Source: Squalus acanthias (lineage: Eukaryota). Taken from it: a stretch of 64,000 nt of DNA. The position numbers and the translations under genes were made by a program. Location of the stretch: assembly GCA_030390025.1 (NCBI GenBank), contig CM059425.1, positions 176,020,001 through 176,084,000 on the forward strand, in the 5' to 3' direction. Below, one piece after another: positions 12,582 to 24,552 of the stretch. A model generated the notes under the pieces. It was not told the origin of the DNA. It made no database searches and worked only from the letters and a program-made list of their open reading frames with translations. The first letter of the stretch is position 1. Each line of letters begins with the position of its first letter.

Positions 12582-13221
12582 GGGGATGATTTTCAACTGC
12601 AGGCGCCTATTTCTTGTCTGAAAAAGAGGCGGCCAACAAATGAAAATTGTGGGGTGGGGGGGGTGGCACCTCGGCCACCACATTGATGCCCAAGGCCTGC
12701 CAGCTTGTAAATGGGCAAACAGCTCGCCCACCTGAAACAGGCAGGAGCTTCTTAAGTATGCAAATCAGGGTCCTACGCCGGTTGTAGGATCCCAATTGCA
12801 ATTTTTAGGTACAAGTACACACTCCACCCATTGTACCAGGTGTTGAGTGGCCTAACCATTGATCCCTCTAAGGACCGCTGGTGTCACTCAAAAAAAGTGC
12901 CCAGGTGATTTTTACTTTTTCTTGGTGGACCCCAAAGAATCTCCAGCCCGCTGCTGACCCTTACAAGGTCCTCCCCTGGGATCACCTCCCTCCTCCACTC
13001 CCTGGCTTGACCTATTGGCCGGCTCAGTTTGGGAGCCAGTCAACTTCCCTCCCTCCCAGTACCGGCGAGCTGCAGCAGGGTGCCTGCTTGGTACCCACAG
13101 TACCCCGGCGGCATGTTAATGAGGCTTCAAAATGGTTTGGGCCTCATGCTAGCACCACCTGATGGGAAGAGCATTGACTCAGCCAACCGCGCGAGTTTTG
13201 GGCACTCCTTGAAAATTGCCT
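12582..13221. mobile_element. Harbinger-type MITE
   Basis: Ends GGGGATGATTTTCAA / TTGAAAATTGCC; internal GGGTCCTAC..GTAGGATCCCAATT shared, inverted, with 49077-49774. Confidence 0.55.
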
Positions 13222-13258
13222 TCATAGTCTTCTACCTACATAGTGAAGTAATTCTGTT

Positions 13259-13688
13259 CAACAATTTTAGATCATAACCTCAGCTCCAATCACATTTATA
13301 TTTTATTTTTTCCACCCTTTTATTTGCCCCCCCCACCTTTTTTTCCTCCTAGAAGCTGGCAGCTGTCCTTCATTCTGCCAGTGGATTTCACACTTCTTTC
13401 AGCCTTAATCTGTCACAGTAACACCACCTCTAGCCTTGCATATCTCTTAATGTCTCTTAATGTCTCTTCATCTCCCCCTTTGTTCTTTTATCCCCTCCCC
13501 CTTTTCCCAGCTTTACCCTGGCCTTAAATCTATTTGATTTCTGGCTCTTCCCAGTTCTGACGAAAGGTCATCGACTTGAAACGTTAACTCTCTTTCTCTC
13601 TCCACGGATGCTGCCTGGCCTGCTGAGTTTTTCCAGCGTTTTCTGTTGTTATTTCAGATTTCCAGCATCCGCAGTATTTTGCTATCGT
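13259..13688 (+). mobile_element. 5'-truncated Penelope-like element (ORF C-terminus, 3' UTR, hammerhead; family B)
   Basis: 13-bp TSD AAGTAATTCTGTT at 13246-13258 and 13689-13701; begins with (F)NNFRS-stop resembling a PLE ORF end; pyrimidine-rich UTR; hammerhead core at 13557-13581. Confidence 0.8.
13553..13589 (+). ncRNA. Minimal hammerhead ribozyme motif (family B)
   Basis: Stem I AGTT/AACT, CTGACGA, extra A, stem II AGGTC-ATC-GACTT, GAAA, palindromic AACGTT. Confidence 0.7.
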
Positions 13689-16149
13689 AAGTAATTCTGT
13701 TGTTGGCCACTGATACATTGCAGGATAGAGGGTCTGGGTGGATGCACCAGAAGGAAGGGAAACGTAGATTTGGAATTGTCACCTGGTAATTTTCGGTATC
13801 TCCTAGTTCAAAGCAGAACATTTGAGGTCTGTGAGCGCTACCTTCTTGTCTGCTCTCCCAGATGCAGGTCTTGTGTGACCTTTGAAGACCAAGAAAGAGG
13901 AGAAAATAACTTTACATATAAGTAATAACAAAATTTGTCCAAGGTTCTGTTACTTGTCTTCTGTCTATGGATTTCCCATCCTCTTAATTTGGACACATCA
14001 TACTGAGTTAGTCTGTTTTTCTTCCTGTTTGTTCCGTATCCCAGGCAATGGCCCTTTCCTGGTCAGTCCATTTCACAATCTCTGCACCAAATTGTTTCTG
14101 CTCTCAATTCCATATTTTTTGCAGTTGAATTGAAATTAATTCAGTTTATATTTATCTGTGTTTCATTGTGAGCCTCACTTTGTTGATAGTGTCATACATT
14201 TTTATACTGCATCTTTATACTATCTACTATTAACTGTTTCATCTCTCTTACCTTTTATCTTTTTCAGTGGTGTGTTCTGTCCTTTTCTTTCCAGTGTGAC
14301 TAAAATCTCCACTCTTCCCTCCGATGCTCATTTTTTTCCCTCTTTTGCCGGTTTTTGATTTCAATACTTCTCCCATCATGTGTCCCATGAATTCTCCCCC
14401 ACCCACCCAAATCATTTGCACATTTTCTGCACCACTTCAAAATCTTTCCCAAGCTCACTTCATTGTCCCCAAACTCTCAAGTAAAATGTGCTGAAACAGT
14501 AAAAGTCAAATATAGATTGGTACTATTCTGCAATTTCTAGTTTCGGTTGGAATTGTGGACCTGAAATTACCTGCCATTTTATAGCATTAAATCTGGGCAA
14601 CTTGATTTTCTCGATCTGATTTCCCAGCATAGTGCATCCAGGTAAGACAAAAGGCTAGAGACTGGAGTCCAAGGTTTCTAGAGACCCAACCAGGGCATTT
14701 CTGATGGAGACTATGCCTGAGCTTAGGACCTTGGTCAAGATGGGGAGGGGAGGGGCTGGCTTGCAAATGGCCCAGGAATAGTCATGGATCTCCCAGGTAG
14801 CCTGCAGCTTGTTTAGACATTCATAAGCACTGCACGGATGCAGGTTGTGGCATCCTCCATAGATGCTCCCAAACTGCACAGGCTGCTTGAGTATCTCAGC
14901 GTCAACAGCTCATTCCATCGCACATGATTATAAGTACCGCTGATGCTGAGCTACCAAAATGCAAGTGCGGTGTGATGCTGCATCAAGCTTACAATATATT
15001 CTAATGTACTCTTGTAAAATTAAGCAAATGTGAGCGGTACTTTGAGTGACCAATAGATTTCTTCCTCACCTGCTCCCAGGCTCATGGTGCAGGTGAGGCA
15101 GCCAGCATTGGCCCTTTGAACCACTTCCAGGCACCTGCTTTAAGCACTGCTCTAGTGGGGAGCGTGCCCCTCCGCTCCAAAAAGACGACCGGCAACAAGA
15201 TTTGCAAAGCAGCTTTCTCAAATGTTCTGATTCATGGCCTTGCTGCAGTCATTTTTTTCCCCATAAATAGCATTAACTCTTTAAGGGTGACCAGGAGCCC
15301 TTGAAGAGCTTCTGGCATCAGGTATAACACCCCATAACTTCAGTATGCTCATGGCGCATCATGTGGAGCACTGTGATAACATGGTAAGGAGCTGACCTTG
15401 TGTTATAGAGTGGAGTCAGCTCTTAGTGCTACAGGTGTGTGCAGCTCCCAAGAGTCAACAGTCATGGCGTATCATTGCCTGGAGGGGAGCCACATTATCG
15501 CCTCCCCCAATGTTACCTGATCACAATAGAGAAGGGCCATTAGATAGCTTTGACCATACATAGAGTAATTTTGCTAAATTCAGATAGGTTTTGCTTACAT
15601 ATTATAAAAACACATAATAAAATGATCCTGGGGTAAAGCGTTCTGCTCCTAATTAATCCATATTTGTAAACATCAAGTTTCATTTATTCTCTATTTCATA
15701 TTTATAAAATATTTCAATTTCTGTACTATGATTCAATGAGCAGCCTTTAAATATAGATTGTGGACAAGTGGGTTTTAAGGAATAATGATTTACGTTTATT
15801 GCTCACCAAAGTTAGTATGAAAATTTATGAAACATTTGGGCCAGCAAGTCCATTTTAAATAAGTTGCTCTTAGCAAAATGAATCCGAATTTACAAACTGA
15901 ACTTGCAGACAGAAGCTGAATGATTGGTTCAAAGATTACAGCGGACATTTAAGAATCTCACTATCAGTCAGAAGGCTAGAAAATTCCTCTTCGTTAAGTA
16001 GATGCTAATTGGTCAATTTTGCTGTGCTTACATAGCCAATTGGATTGTAATTAGACATCAGAGACTCATTCATGATCCACTATAGAAAATATTCTTACTT
16101 AAACTTCCTGGGAATGGATGCCATCAACGTAATGCAGATAGCACACTAA

Positions 16150-16933
16150 GGGGGAAAAATTCAGTTGGTTAGCGCCTCCCGTTTGGGGCGCAAAGCAACT
16201 AGTGCCCGGGCGCGGCGATGTTTGCGGCGCTCGCAAAATTGACCAGGCATTTTGCGGCGGTGTTAAACACTACCACCACGATCTCCTGCGCCCGCAGATC
16301 GTGACGTGAGTCGAGCGTGCAATGCCCCGGTAGCGCCCCGGACTGGATATTGAGTCGTGCCCCCTGCCTTTCCGCCTGCCGCTAGCAACGACAGGTAGAG
16401 GGGAACGTTTTGCAGTTGGGAAGGGGCTGTTTAAGCGCTATTTAAAGGCGGCCGTTTCCTGCATTTTTTTGTTAGCAAAATTTTTGGTTTTAACGCTGTC
16501 CTAAGGAGTTTTGGCCCTCAGCACCACTTTTGAGGTTCCTAAGTGCCGAGCTCTTTCCCTGGGCCTATCCATTAGTACTTCCAACACAATTGCTTTTGAG
16601 GTCTCTCTAGGCCGAGATTCAAGGCTGCAATGAGCAGGATGTGGCTGGCCAGCAAGATGGCCCCTCCCCTTTAAGAACTGGCCGGCACCAGTGTGTCTGT
16701 GTTCCATTGCTAACTGACATCACCTGAGCTTTGCCAGCGCTCTGAGGTAGTGCCTCGCTCCTCGACGTTAGCGCCTTAAGACAGGTGTGTAGCGCCTAAT
16801 TTAGCGCTCCAATCACCTCCAGGGGTGATAGAGGCCAAGTTTGCAGTCGGAGGCGATAATTAGCGCCGGGTGCTAAACTTTGCACCCGGCCGATAATAGT
16901 GCCCCAAACAGAGCGATACCAAATTTCTCCCCC
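16150..16933. mobile_element. Harbinger MITE (family M1, inverted relative to 35527 and 47403)
   Basis: TAA TSD on both sides; TIR GGGGGAAAAATT / AATTTCTCCCCC; many TAGCGCC/GGCGCTA motifs. Confidence 0.85.
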
Positions 16934-17139
16934 TAAACCTTTGAAATTACGCTTTGTATGAAAATTTAATACATTTGTATGAAATTCCTTTTCCTACTAT
17001 TTTAGTGGAGGCATTGTCCAATAATAATTTATTTTATTATTGTGCAGCATAATTTCAAGTCCAAAGGCCTGTCATTTTGAAGCTGAGAAAGGGAAGTCGT
17101 CTTCCAACTTAACTGTAGTTACTTCATAACAAGATCAAA

Positions 17140-18040
17140 AGATAATTACAGTTGAGGAAAGCCATTCGGCCCACTTTAATTCATCCATCCAGAAAGATCC
17201 TAATTTCCCCCATTTCAGCAACCATTTGTTTCTTAAATGATTCTAGGAATTTTATCTCCATTACGCTATCTGGAAATTTATTCCACACATTGATCACTTT
17301 TTGTGTGAAGAAGAATATCCTGATATCAGTCTTAAATTTATCATTTACTAGTTTGAATCTATGTCCTCTATTTCTACTCCCACAGTTTAATTTAAAGTAA
17401 TATTCCTGGTTAATTTTTCTATGTCCTTAACTTTCTTACATACCTTTAGAAGATCACCTCTCAGAATTTCTAGGCTGAAAAGCCCAAGGGGCCAATTTTG
17501 GTTTTCTGTAGTAATCGGGCAGGGTCACACAGGTTTTCCTATAAAATTCTTACATATTATAAAAACATACGGGGCAGGGGGAAGCATAGGGACTGGCAGC
17601 TCTTTCTAACCGCACAAAAAAGAAAAAAAGTTCAGACAGGGACCAATGGGCAGAGCCTATGCAATGCCCACTTTACCCATTGGTCTGTGAAAATCGCGTC
17701 AGGGTCCTATAACGGGCAGAGGACCCCGATCTAAATATTTAAATAAGGCTCCTGCCTGTTTTGGGAGTGCTGGCCATCCAATTCAAGGCCCTCTCAAAAA
17801 TTGAATTGGGAGGGTGGCTAGTGGGCGGACCTTTCTCTTTCAAGTTTTTGTTTGCCTACCACCCTGTTTTACAGCATAAACGGATCGTTGGAATACGGAA
17901 ATCGGCCCCCAAGTTTCTCCAGCATTTCCTCATAACTCAGGCCTCTGATACTGGGAATCAGCCTCAGTGCTCCTCTTTGCACTGCCTCAAGTGCTTGAAT
18001 AATAACTGGATGCAGTATTCAATGTGTGGTCTGACTAGAT
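17140..18040 (-). mobile_element. Old CR1 LINE 3' fragment split by a MITE
   Basis: GCCATTCGGCCC tail, TTTTTGTGTGAAGAAG, CAGTATTCAATGTGTGGTCT; GAAAAGCCCAA|GTTTCTCC rejoins across the MITE. Confidence 0.7.
17488..17909. mobile_element. Harbinger-type MITE
   Basis: CAA TSD (17485-17487, 17910-17912); TIR GGGGCCAATTT / AAATCGGCCCC. Confidence 0.75.
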
Positions 18041-18555
18041 CCAACAACTTAATATAAAACACAAAATAAAGGAAAGAAATTTTCCCTATTTGGTGTTATA
18101 TGAAAACTCTACTTCTGTCACCATGTCACCTGAATGACTGCATGCCCACTCGCCAATATGGTACTATCAGGTATAGCTGCCCTCAAACTTAAATATATCC
18201 TATAACAGCTATCTGTTGCTGCCCTTTGATTACACAATTCATTTGAGTTATTCAATTTAAAGTTTAGTAATAGGATGTTAAATGTTCAATAGGAGCTGGT
18301 TCTGAGTGCAGTCATTCAGGTGGCACTATGAGGAAATCAATGTTTTTATCTGGTATCAAATAGGGAAAACTTCAGTACTTTATGCCTTACAGTTTTGAAA
18401 TAACTAGAGTTAAGATGGATGTTCCTTTCACAAGTTCAAATTGGAGATCTGGAGGCAAGTTAACAGCACCATTTGTTTGATCCGTCAATTAGCCAAGGTT
18501 TTAAAGCTTTGTCCTAGCTGCCAATAAAATTATACATGGTGAAAGCACAAATAGA

Positions 18556-19081
18556 TTTTTTTTTTATTCGTTTATGGGATGAGGACATCGCTGTCATCCC
18601 TAATTGCCTTTGAGAAGGTGGTGGTGAGCCGCCTTCTTGAATCGCTGCAGTCCGTGTGGTGAAGGTACTCCCACAGTGCTGTTAGGGAGGGAGTTCCAGG
18701 ATTTTGACCCAGCGATGATGAAGGATCAGCGATATATTTCCAAGTCAGGATGGTATGTGACTTGGAGCGGAACTTGGAGATGGTGGTGTTCTCATGCACC
18801 TGCTGCCCTTGTTCTTCTAGGTGGAAGAGGTCGCGGATTTGGGAAGTGCTGCCGAAGAAGCCTTGGCGAGTTGCTGCAGTGCATCTTGTAGATGGTATAC
18901 ACTGCAGCCACGGTATGCCGGTGGTGGAGGGAGTGAATGTTTAAGATGGTGGATGGGGTGCGAATCAAGCGGGCTGCTTTGTCCTGGATGGTGTCAAGCT
19001 TATTGAGTGTTGTTGGAGCTGCACTCATCCAGGCAAGTGGAGAGTATTCCATCACACTCCTTATTGTGCCTTGTAGATGGA
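18556..19081 (-). mobile_element. 3' fragment of the poly(A)-tailed LINE family seen at 8210-9917
   Basis: T-run start; MEYSPLAWMSAAPTTLNKLDTIQDKAARLI is nearly identical to ORF 8400-8789. Confidence 0.9.
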
Positions 19082-19259
19082 AGACCTGGATGAGCTATGA
19101 ACATCTGCTTGTGATATTAGGTGCAAGATGTCTTTGAATTTGTTTGATTAATAGCACTTTAGGCTGGGAGATAAATACTGGAGAAATTTCTCCTATCCAT
19201 AATTTCTGTTCTGTCTAATAGATAGCTGATAGGCAGCAGCTTTGCATCATCCACATACA

Positions 19260-19645
19260 AACATAGCATTGGAAATCTACAAAAAAAATGCTTTTGTTTT
19301 TTTTAAAGTTTGTTTATGATATTTCAGCTTCTATCTCAATCCCATCTGTATGTCCTGTTAATAATTTTACAGAAAGCGAAATAAAGAAGAAGTAAATGAT
19401 AAACACTGCCTATAACTTCCTGGTTTGCTGTCTGTGAGAATTCTTCAACGTGATTGGCTGCTTAGCTTGCTTGATGACATCACTGTTGCTGGACACTGGC
19501 GATCCCCTATATGTGATGCCAGAATGAAATTAACGTCGGGAAAGGTGAAATCCACACCGCAGAGATCGCTAAATCTTTGTCGGCAGCTTTCTTCAAAGTT
19601 AGCAGCGAGCTCAGTCACTTCGCCGCTGACTGCAAAATCCGGGCC
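19260..19645. mobile_element. Partial Harbinger-type MITE (family of 51161-51779, inverted)
   Basis: End GCCGCTGACTGCAAAATCCGGGCC and internal GATTGGCTGCTTAGCTTGCTTGATGACATCACT are reverse complements of 51161-51260; left boundary approximate. Confidence 0.65.
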
Positions 19646-19894
19646 TATGAATTTGCTTGCTCCCAGCCTACTGAGTGCAGTGCTTGAACTTCCGACATTG
19701 CTTCCCTGTGGCAGTGCAGAGTCTCGCACTGAATGTAGGGTACATTATAATAAATCCGCTCATTAACACTCCTTAAAGGGGAGCCTGCAATTTTCCTGTT
19801 TTCATGCACCGCACATACAGTGCATCAATGCTGAAAATTACAAAGAGACATTGATAGCTTAAGTGAGTAGGCAAAACTGTGGCAGATGGATTTT

Positions 19895-20146
19895 GAACAA
19901 GAGCAGAGGAGTTATCCCTGGTGTCCTGGCCAATATTTATCCCTCAATCAACATCACTAAAAAAACAGATTATCTGGTCATTATCACATTGCTGTTTGTG
20001 GGCACTTGCTGTGCGCAAATTGGCTGCCGCATTTCCTATATTACAACAGTGACTACACTTCAAAAGTACTTCATTGGTTGTAAAGCGCTTTGGGACGTCC
20101 TGAGGTCGTGAAAGGCACTCTATAAATGCAAGTCTTTCTTTCTTTC
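19895..20146 (+). mobile_element. DeuSINE-type SINE 3' half
   Basis: GGTGTCCTGGCCAATATTTATCCCTCAA..AAATGCAAGTCTTTCTTTCTTTC. Confidence 0.8.
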
Positions 20147-20249
20147 TATCTACAGTCCCAGGCACCGCTATTTTGCAATAACTAAGGAACGCTGCCTTCA
20201 TAGGCTCAGGTTCAGCAGGCAGGCAGTTACAGAGATGTGCCATCTGCTT

Positions 20250-21150
20250 TATGCAGACAATGCAGCCAACCTCCACCATAGTGATGGCATTGCAAGTCAA
20301 GGTGACCACAGATTTATGTTTCTGGCTCCTTCCAGGCTTGCACGGGGGACATTTGCAGTATCAGTCAATTTGCTGTCCACAAATGTGTCAAAGAGGTAAC
20401 TGATGCTTCATTTAGTGGGGCCAACACTTTCATTTCCTTTCCCACTGAGCAGCAGCAGCAGCTGGACAAGGCTGCCCAATTCTATCATGCTGTACTGAGG
20501 TCCAGGAGGTCATTGATATCACCTGGGCCATCTGGGCCTTTGGGCACAATTTCATTGTTTACATGAAAAGAAAGGGCTCCTACTCCATCAATGTGGGTCT
20601 GTCCAGTGACCAGCAATGTCATAGCATGCAGGGAGTGCCTGCTTCTTAGGAAGCTACCAAATGCTTTCAATTTAAGACAATCATGTGTGCCAGGCTCATT
20701 TGAAAGTGAAAGCCGATTACAAGGATAGCTCTTCAGAGACCAAGGCTACAGTTTTCAGCCTTGGGTAATGAGATCCTTGCATCAGTCATGGACAGAAACA
20801 GAGAATAGGTACAATGAGGTTTGTGCAGTTACCAGGATTAATATGGAGCATTGTGAAGTAGTGCTTCAGACCTTTTGACAGATTAGGGGGCAGCCCTTCT
20901 CCAGGGTCTCCAAGATCATTGTCATCTGCTGCATGTGCCACAACTTTGCAACATAAAGAGGCATAACCTTGGAGGAGGAGAAGGTCAAAACCGTAATTAA
21001 GACCAAAGCAGAATGGAAACACTTACCTTACCTTGAAGATATCACTGAAGAAGCCTCAGTGCCACAAGAAAACTGGTGCACCAACTGCCCATCGAAGAGC
21101 CATTCAGATAAATTCCTGAGATGCCATCTATTTCTCCAGCATTTTGAAGC
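20250..21150 (+). pseudogene. Highly decayed Harbinger transposase remnant (H2)
   Basis: Segments CAATTTGCTGTCCACAAATGTGTCAAAGAGGTAACTGATGC, AAAAGAAAGGGCTCCTACTCCATCAATGTG and TACAATGAG are colinear with the H1 and H5 transposases. Confidence 0.6.
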
Positions 21151-21341
21151 TGAATGAGATAGCCTCTTGTAAACTGTATTCACAAGAAGTATTTTGAATG
21201 AGTTTAGGACCTTGGTCCCAGGAAACCCTGCTGCAGATGTCCCTAGAGTTGATGCATGCTCCATTGTAGACTGTGGCCCTGAGAACCATTCATACACAAC
21301 TGCACAGTTACAGTTAGTGGGCCGCTATATACACCTCGCCA

Positions 21342-22956
21342 TGTGAAGGAATAGCCAGGATTCAGAAAAATACACGATACTAAGAACAGATTTCTGAAAT
21401 TATTAATAAATGACATACTGGGTTTAAAAGACATAAGCCTTAGCAGACAAGGCTGCAGGCAGAAATACAGGCTTCTGAGATAAAGATCAGTTGTTAAACA
21501 AAGTTGTAAAACACCACAAGCTTTGAAATGGGAATTAGTTAAAAAAAACTAAAACAATGCCCTATTGAAGCAAACCATTGGAGGTTCCTCTATGTCTGAA
21601 CATTGGAACCAACACAATGGAATCACCCAGTTTAAAGTGTCAAAAGCTAACACTGATGCAAACAGAAACTTAGAATATTAAACAACCATTAGCCTTCATA
21701 ATATAACATCAAATAAGACAGGAAACACGATCAAATATGCAACCAATTGAGATAGCTAGAAAACAAGTAAACACTGAGTTAAAGTGTTTTCAATTTACAT
21801 ATTATAAATATGATACCTACAGAAGGCTTTGAAGAAATGACATCAAGTAAAAGAAACGCCTGCTGAACAAATAGTTTTTATGTTAAGATTGAAATATGGA
21901 GTCCCGAGGTCTGATAAAAACCAATTGAAGTAAATAAGAAATGTATGGAACACCCTAGATGAAGTATTTACAAGTTGTAAAATATACCTACAGAAAGACT
22001 TTGAAAATGACATCAATGGATGCATCAAGCAATTACATTGTTTATGTGTTAAACTTGGAACAGTTAGGAGACACGACATCTGGTAATAACCAGTAAAGCC
22101 AATATTAAGAATTGAATGGGAGACCTTCAATAAGAATTGTATCAAACAGAAACCATTGCTGTCATTGTGTTTATGATGGTTTTTGAAACATCTAAGGTAG
22201 AGACATAATTATGCATGCAATGGTTAAATTGACAGTAAAGACAGAAAGCATTCAACAGAGATATCAATAAAGATAATTAGCTTACATCATCAGGAAAACT
22301 TCAAAGAATAAACCACCCAAAAAAGATCTAAAAATAAGACCTTTTCAAGCAGAAAAGCAGAAGTTGCTGGGAAGACAAGCGTTTCTCAACTTCACAGACA
22401 CTCTCTGTAAGTTTACAATTTTGAGTCTCGGGTAATCAAGGTATTTGATTTTGGTGGATATTCTGGATTAAGAAATAAGTAGAAGTGTGGAAATGTAACG
22501 AAGTTAAGATTTGAGAATAAAGATCTCTGAGAATAAGAAAATGTAAGCTATTTGTATTTTGAACGGTTAAAGTTGCGATTGCCATAACAACTATCTAAAT
22601 GTCGGTTCTTTAATAAATCTATATATTTTTAGAATAATCTCACAGAGTATTTTGTATCAATCTCGCGAACTCAATTTCTGTACACTCAAAGGAGTTGCAG
22701 AATTCTGGGGGGTTTTCCGGACCCTCATAATATCCGGAAGGTTACAGTCTAGTTAAACTTATTAAAAGTACTATCCGGAGGACGGTAACATCTTTAGACC
22801 GTTTCTTTCCTTTCGGGAGAGGTAGTCTGACCTTTAGACCCAATTAAGCATCTTATGGGATCCGGCTACCGCTAACTTTAGTTGAAGGTAAACGTCTGGG
22901 GAATACGCCTGATCTGGGGTAGTTCGAAAGGGCTAGGACTTGTAATTATCCCTTCA
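21342..22956 (+). mobile_element. Solo LTR (LTR-A1, 1615 bp) of an ERV or LTR retrotransposon
   Basis: TGTGAAGG..CCTTCA ends; GCCA TSD (21338-21341, 22957-22960); TATA-like 22327; AATAAA 22612-22617; full-length inverted homolog at 27889-29611. Confidence 0.85.
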
Positions 22957-23104
22957 GCCAGGCCCCGCAGAGTATTTTCAACAGACTCAAGTGGCTCTTG
23001 TAGATAATTCTTCTTAGGCATCAGTTTTGTTTTATGTACAAACCCTATGAGGTGAGCTGAGGAAGGTACCAAGCTGTTCCTCCAGGCAGAGCAGTGAAGT
23101 TATG

Positions 23105-23685
23105 TTACGTTAAACTTGTATAGGATCCTGGTCAGGCTGCACTTAGAGTAATGTGCATAGTTCTGGTCTCCATACTATAAAAAGGACATAGATGCACTGG
23201 AAAAAGTGCAAAAAAGATTTCCAAGGATGGTACCAGAACTGAGAGATTACAGCTATAGGGAAAGATTGAACAGGTTGGGGCATTTTTTCTTTAGAATAGA
23301 GAATACTTAGAGGAGACCTGATAGAGGTCTTTAAAATTATAAATGGGCTAGACAGGGTAGATGTGTAGAGAATGTTCCCCAAAACTAGGGGCCATCAATA
23401 CAAGATAGTTACTAATAAAATAAATAGGGAAATAAGGAAGAATTTCTTTACTCAGAGAGTGGTTAGAATGTGGCACTCGCTACCACATGAATTGGTTGAG
23501 GCAAATAGCTTAGATGCTTTCAAAAGGAAACTAGATGAGTACATGAGAGAAAGGGGAATAGAAAGATATGTTGAAAGGCTGAGGTGAGGTAGATGGAATG
23601 GAAGGAGACGCGTGTGGACTACAAACACCAGCACAGACTATTTGAGCCGAATGGCCTGTTTCTGTGCTGTATATTCTATGTAACA
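23105..23685 (+). mobile_element. CR1 LINE 3' fragment
   Basis: KTRGHQYKIVTNKINREIRKNFFTQRVVRMW and GCCGAATGGCCTGTTTCTGTGCTGTA tail. Confidence 0.9.
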
Positions 23686-23903
23686 GGTTCCTGATCCTCC
23701 TCTGTAACTCACTCAGTGTTATCTCCTCAAGCTCACTATTTAAATCTTGTGTGTTAATTGCAAAAATTGGCAAGAGTGATGCAAGGTGCTGGTGCAAGGT
23801 GTTGGTTCAGTCAGGATCACTGGCAGCTCCAGCAGCTGTTCTTCCAGACCTACAAATCAGAAGAGGAATGTATGTCATAATGCTGCCTCAAAAGACACCC
23901 GCT

Positions 23904-24029
23904 GGGAAATTTCTCAGGGATTTTTCTGATTGGCTGCTGTAGCTTTGGAGGAAACGCAGTTTAGACATCTATCCAGGGTTTCTGTCAAAGTTACAGGAGC
24001 CAACTGGGAGAACCACCGAGAAAATTCCC
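23904..24029. mobile_element. Tiny MITE
   Basis: TIR GGGAAATTTCTC / GAGAAAATTCCC. Confidence 0.5.
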
Positions 24030-24552
24030 GACAACATTCGAACAACACTTGCTTTGGAATATACTTAAGTGATTTTTTTCATGGTTCACTATATATCTAT
24101 GTTTGAGTGAGTGAGTAGATAGAGGGCGAAAAATTTGGATCCGTAGCACCCGATTTTTCTGGTACGTGCCACACTGAATGCCATCTTGGTGAGGGTGGTA
24201 GAGCGGGCATTAGGAGCGTGCGCTGGAAGTATGCAGAGTGCGCAGATCGTGACATCAATCAGCAGGCAACGCTAATTTGACATCAGTGCTGCCATTTTCA
24301 TCGTCACGCTGGAGCTAAGGCCCTGTCTTCATTTTGCACAGCTGAACATGCATTCAGCATTATTTAAAGGGATCAGCAACCACTCTAAGGTTAGTTGCTG
24401 ATTGATTTCTACTGGCTCTGTGTAAGTGTGTTGAACCGTTTGGAGCTTTCTAGAGTTGTTTAAAGTTGGTGAGGTGACAGGGAGTGGTGCTGCAAGTGGA
24501 GAAGGCCTTGATTCTGACTTCAAGGTTCTGGTCAGACCACTTGCTCCCAGTC

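Noticed and set aside
13655..13879. Minus-strand acceptor followed by about 75 open codons
   Set aside because: No recognisable protein, no convincing donor, and the frame runs into a Penelope insertion.
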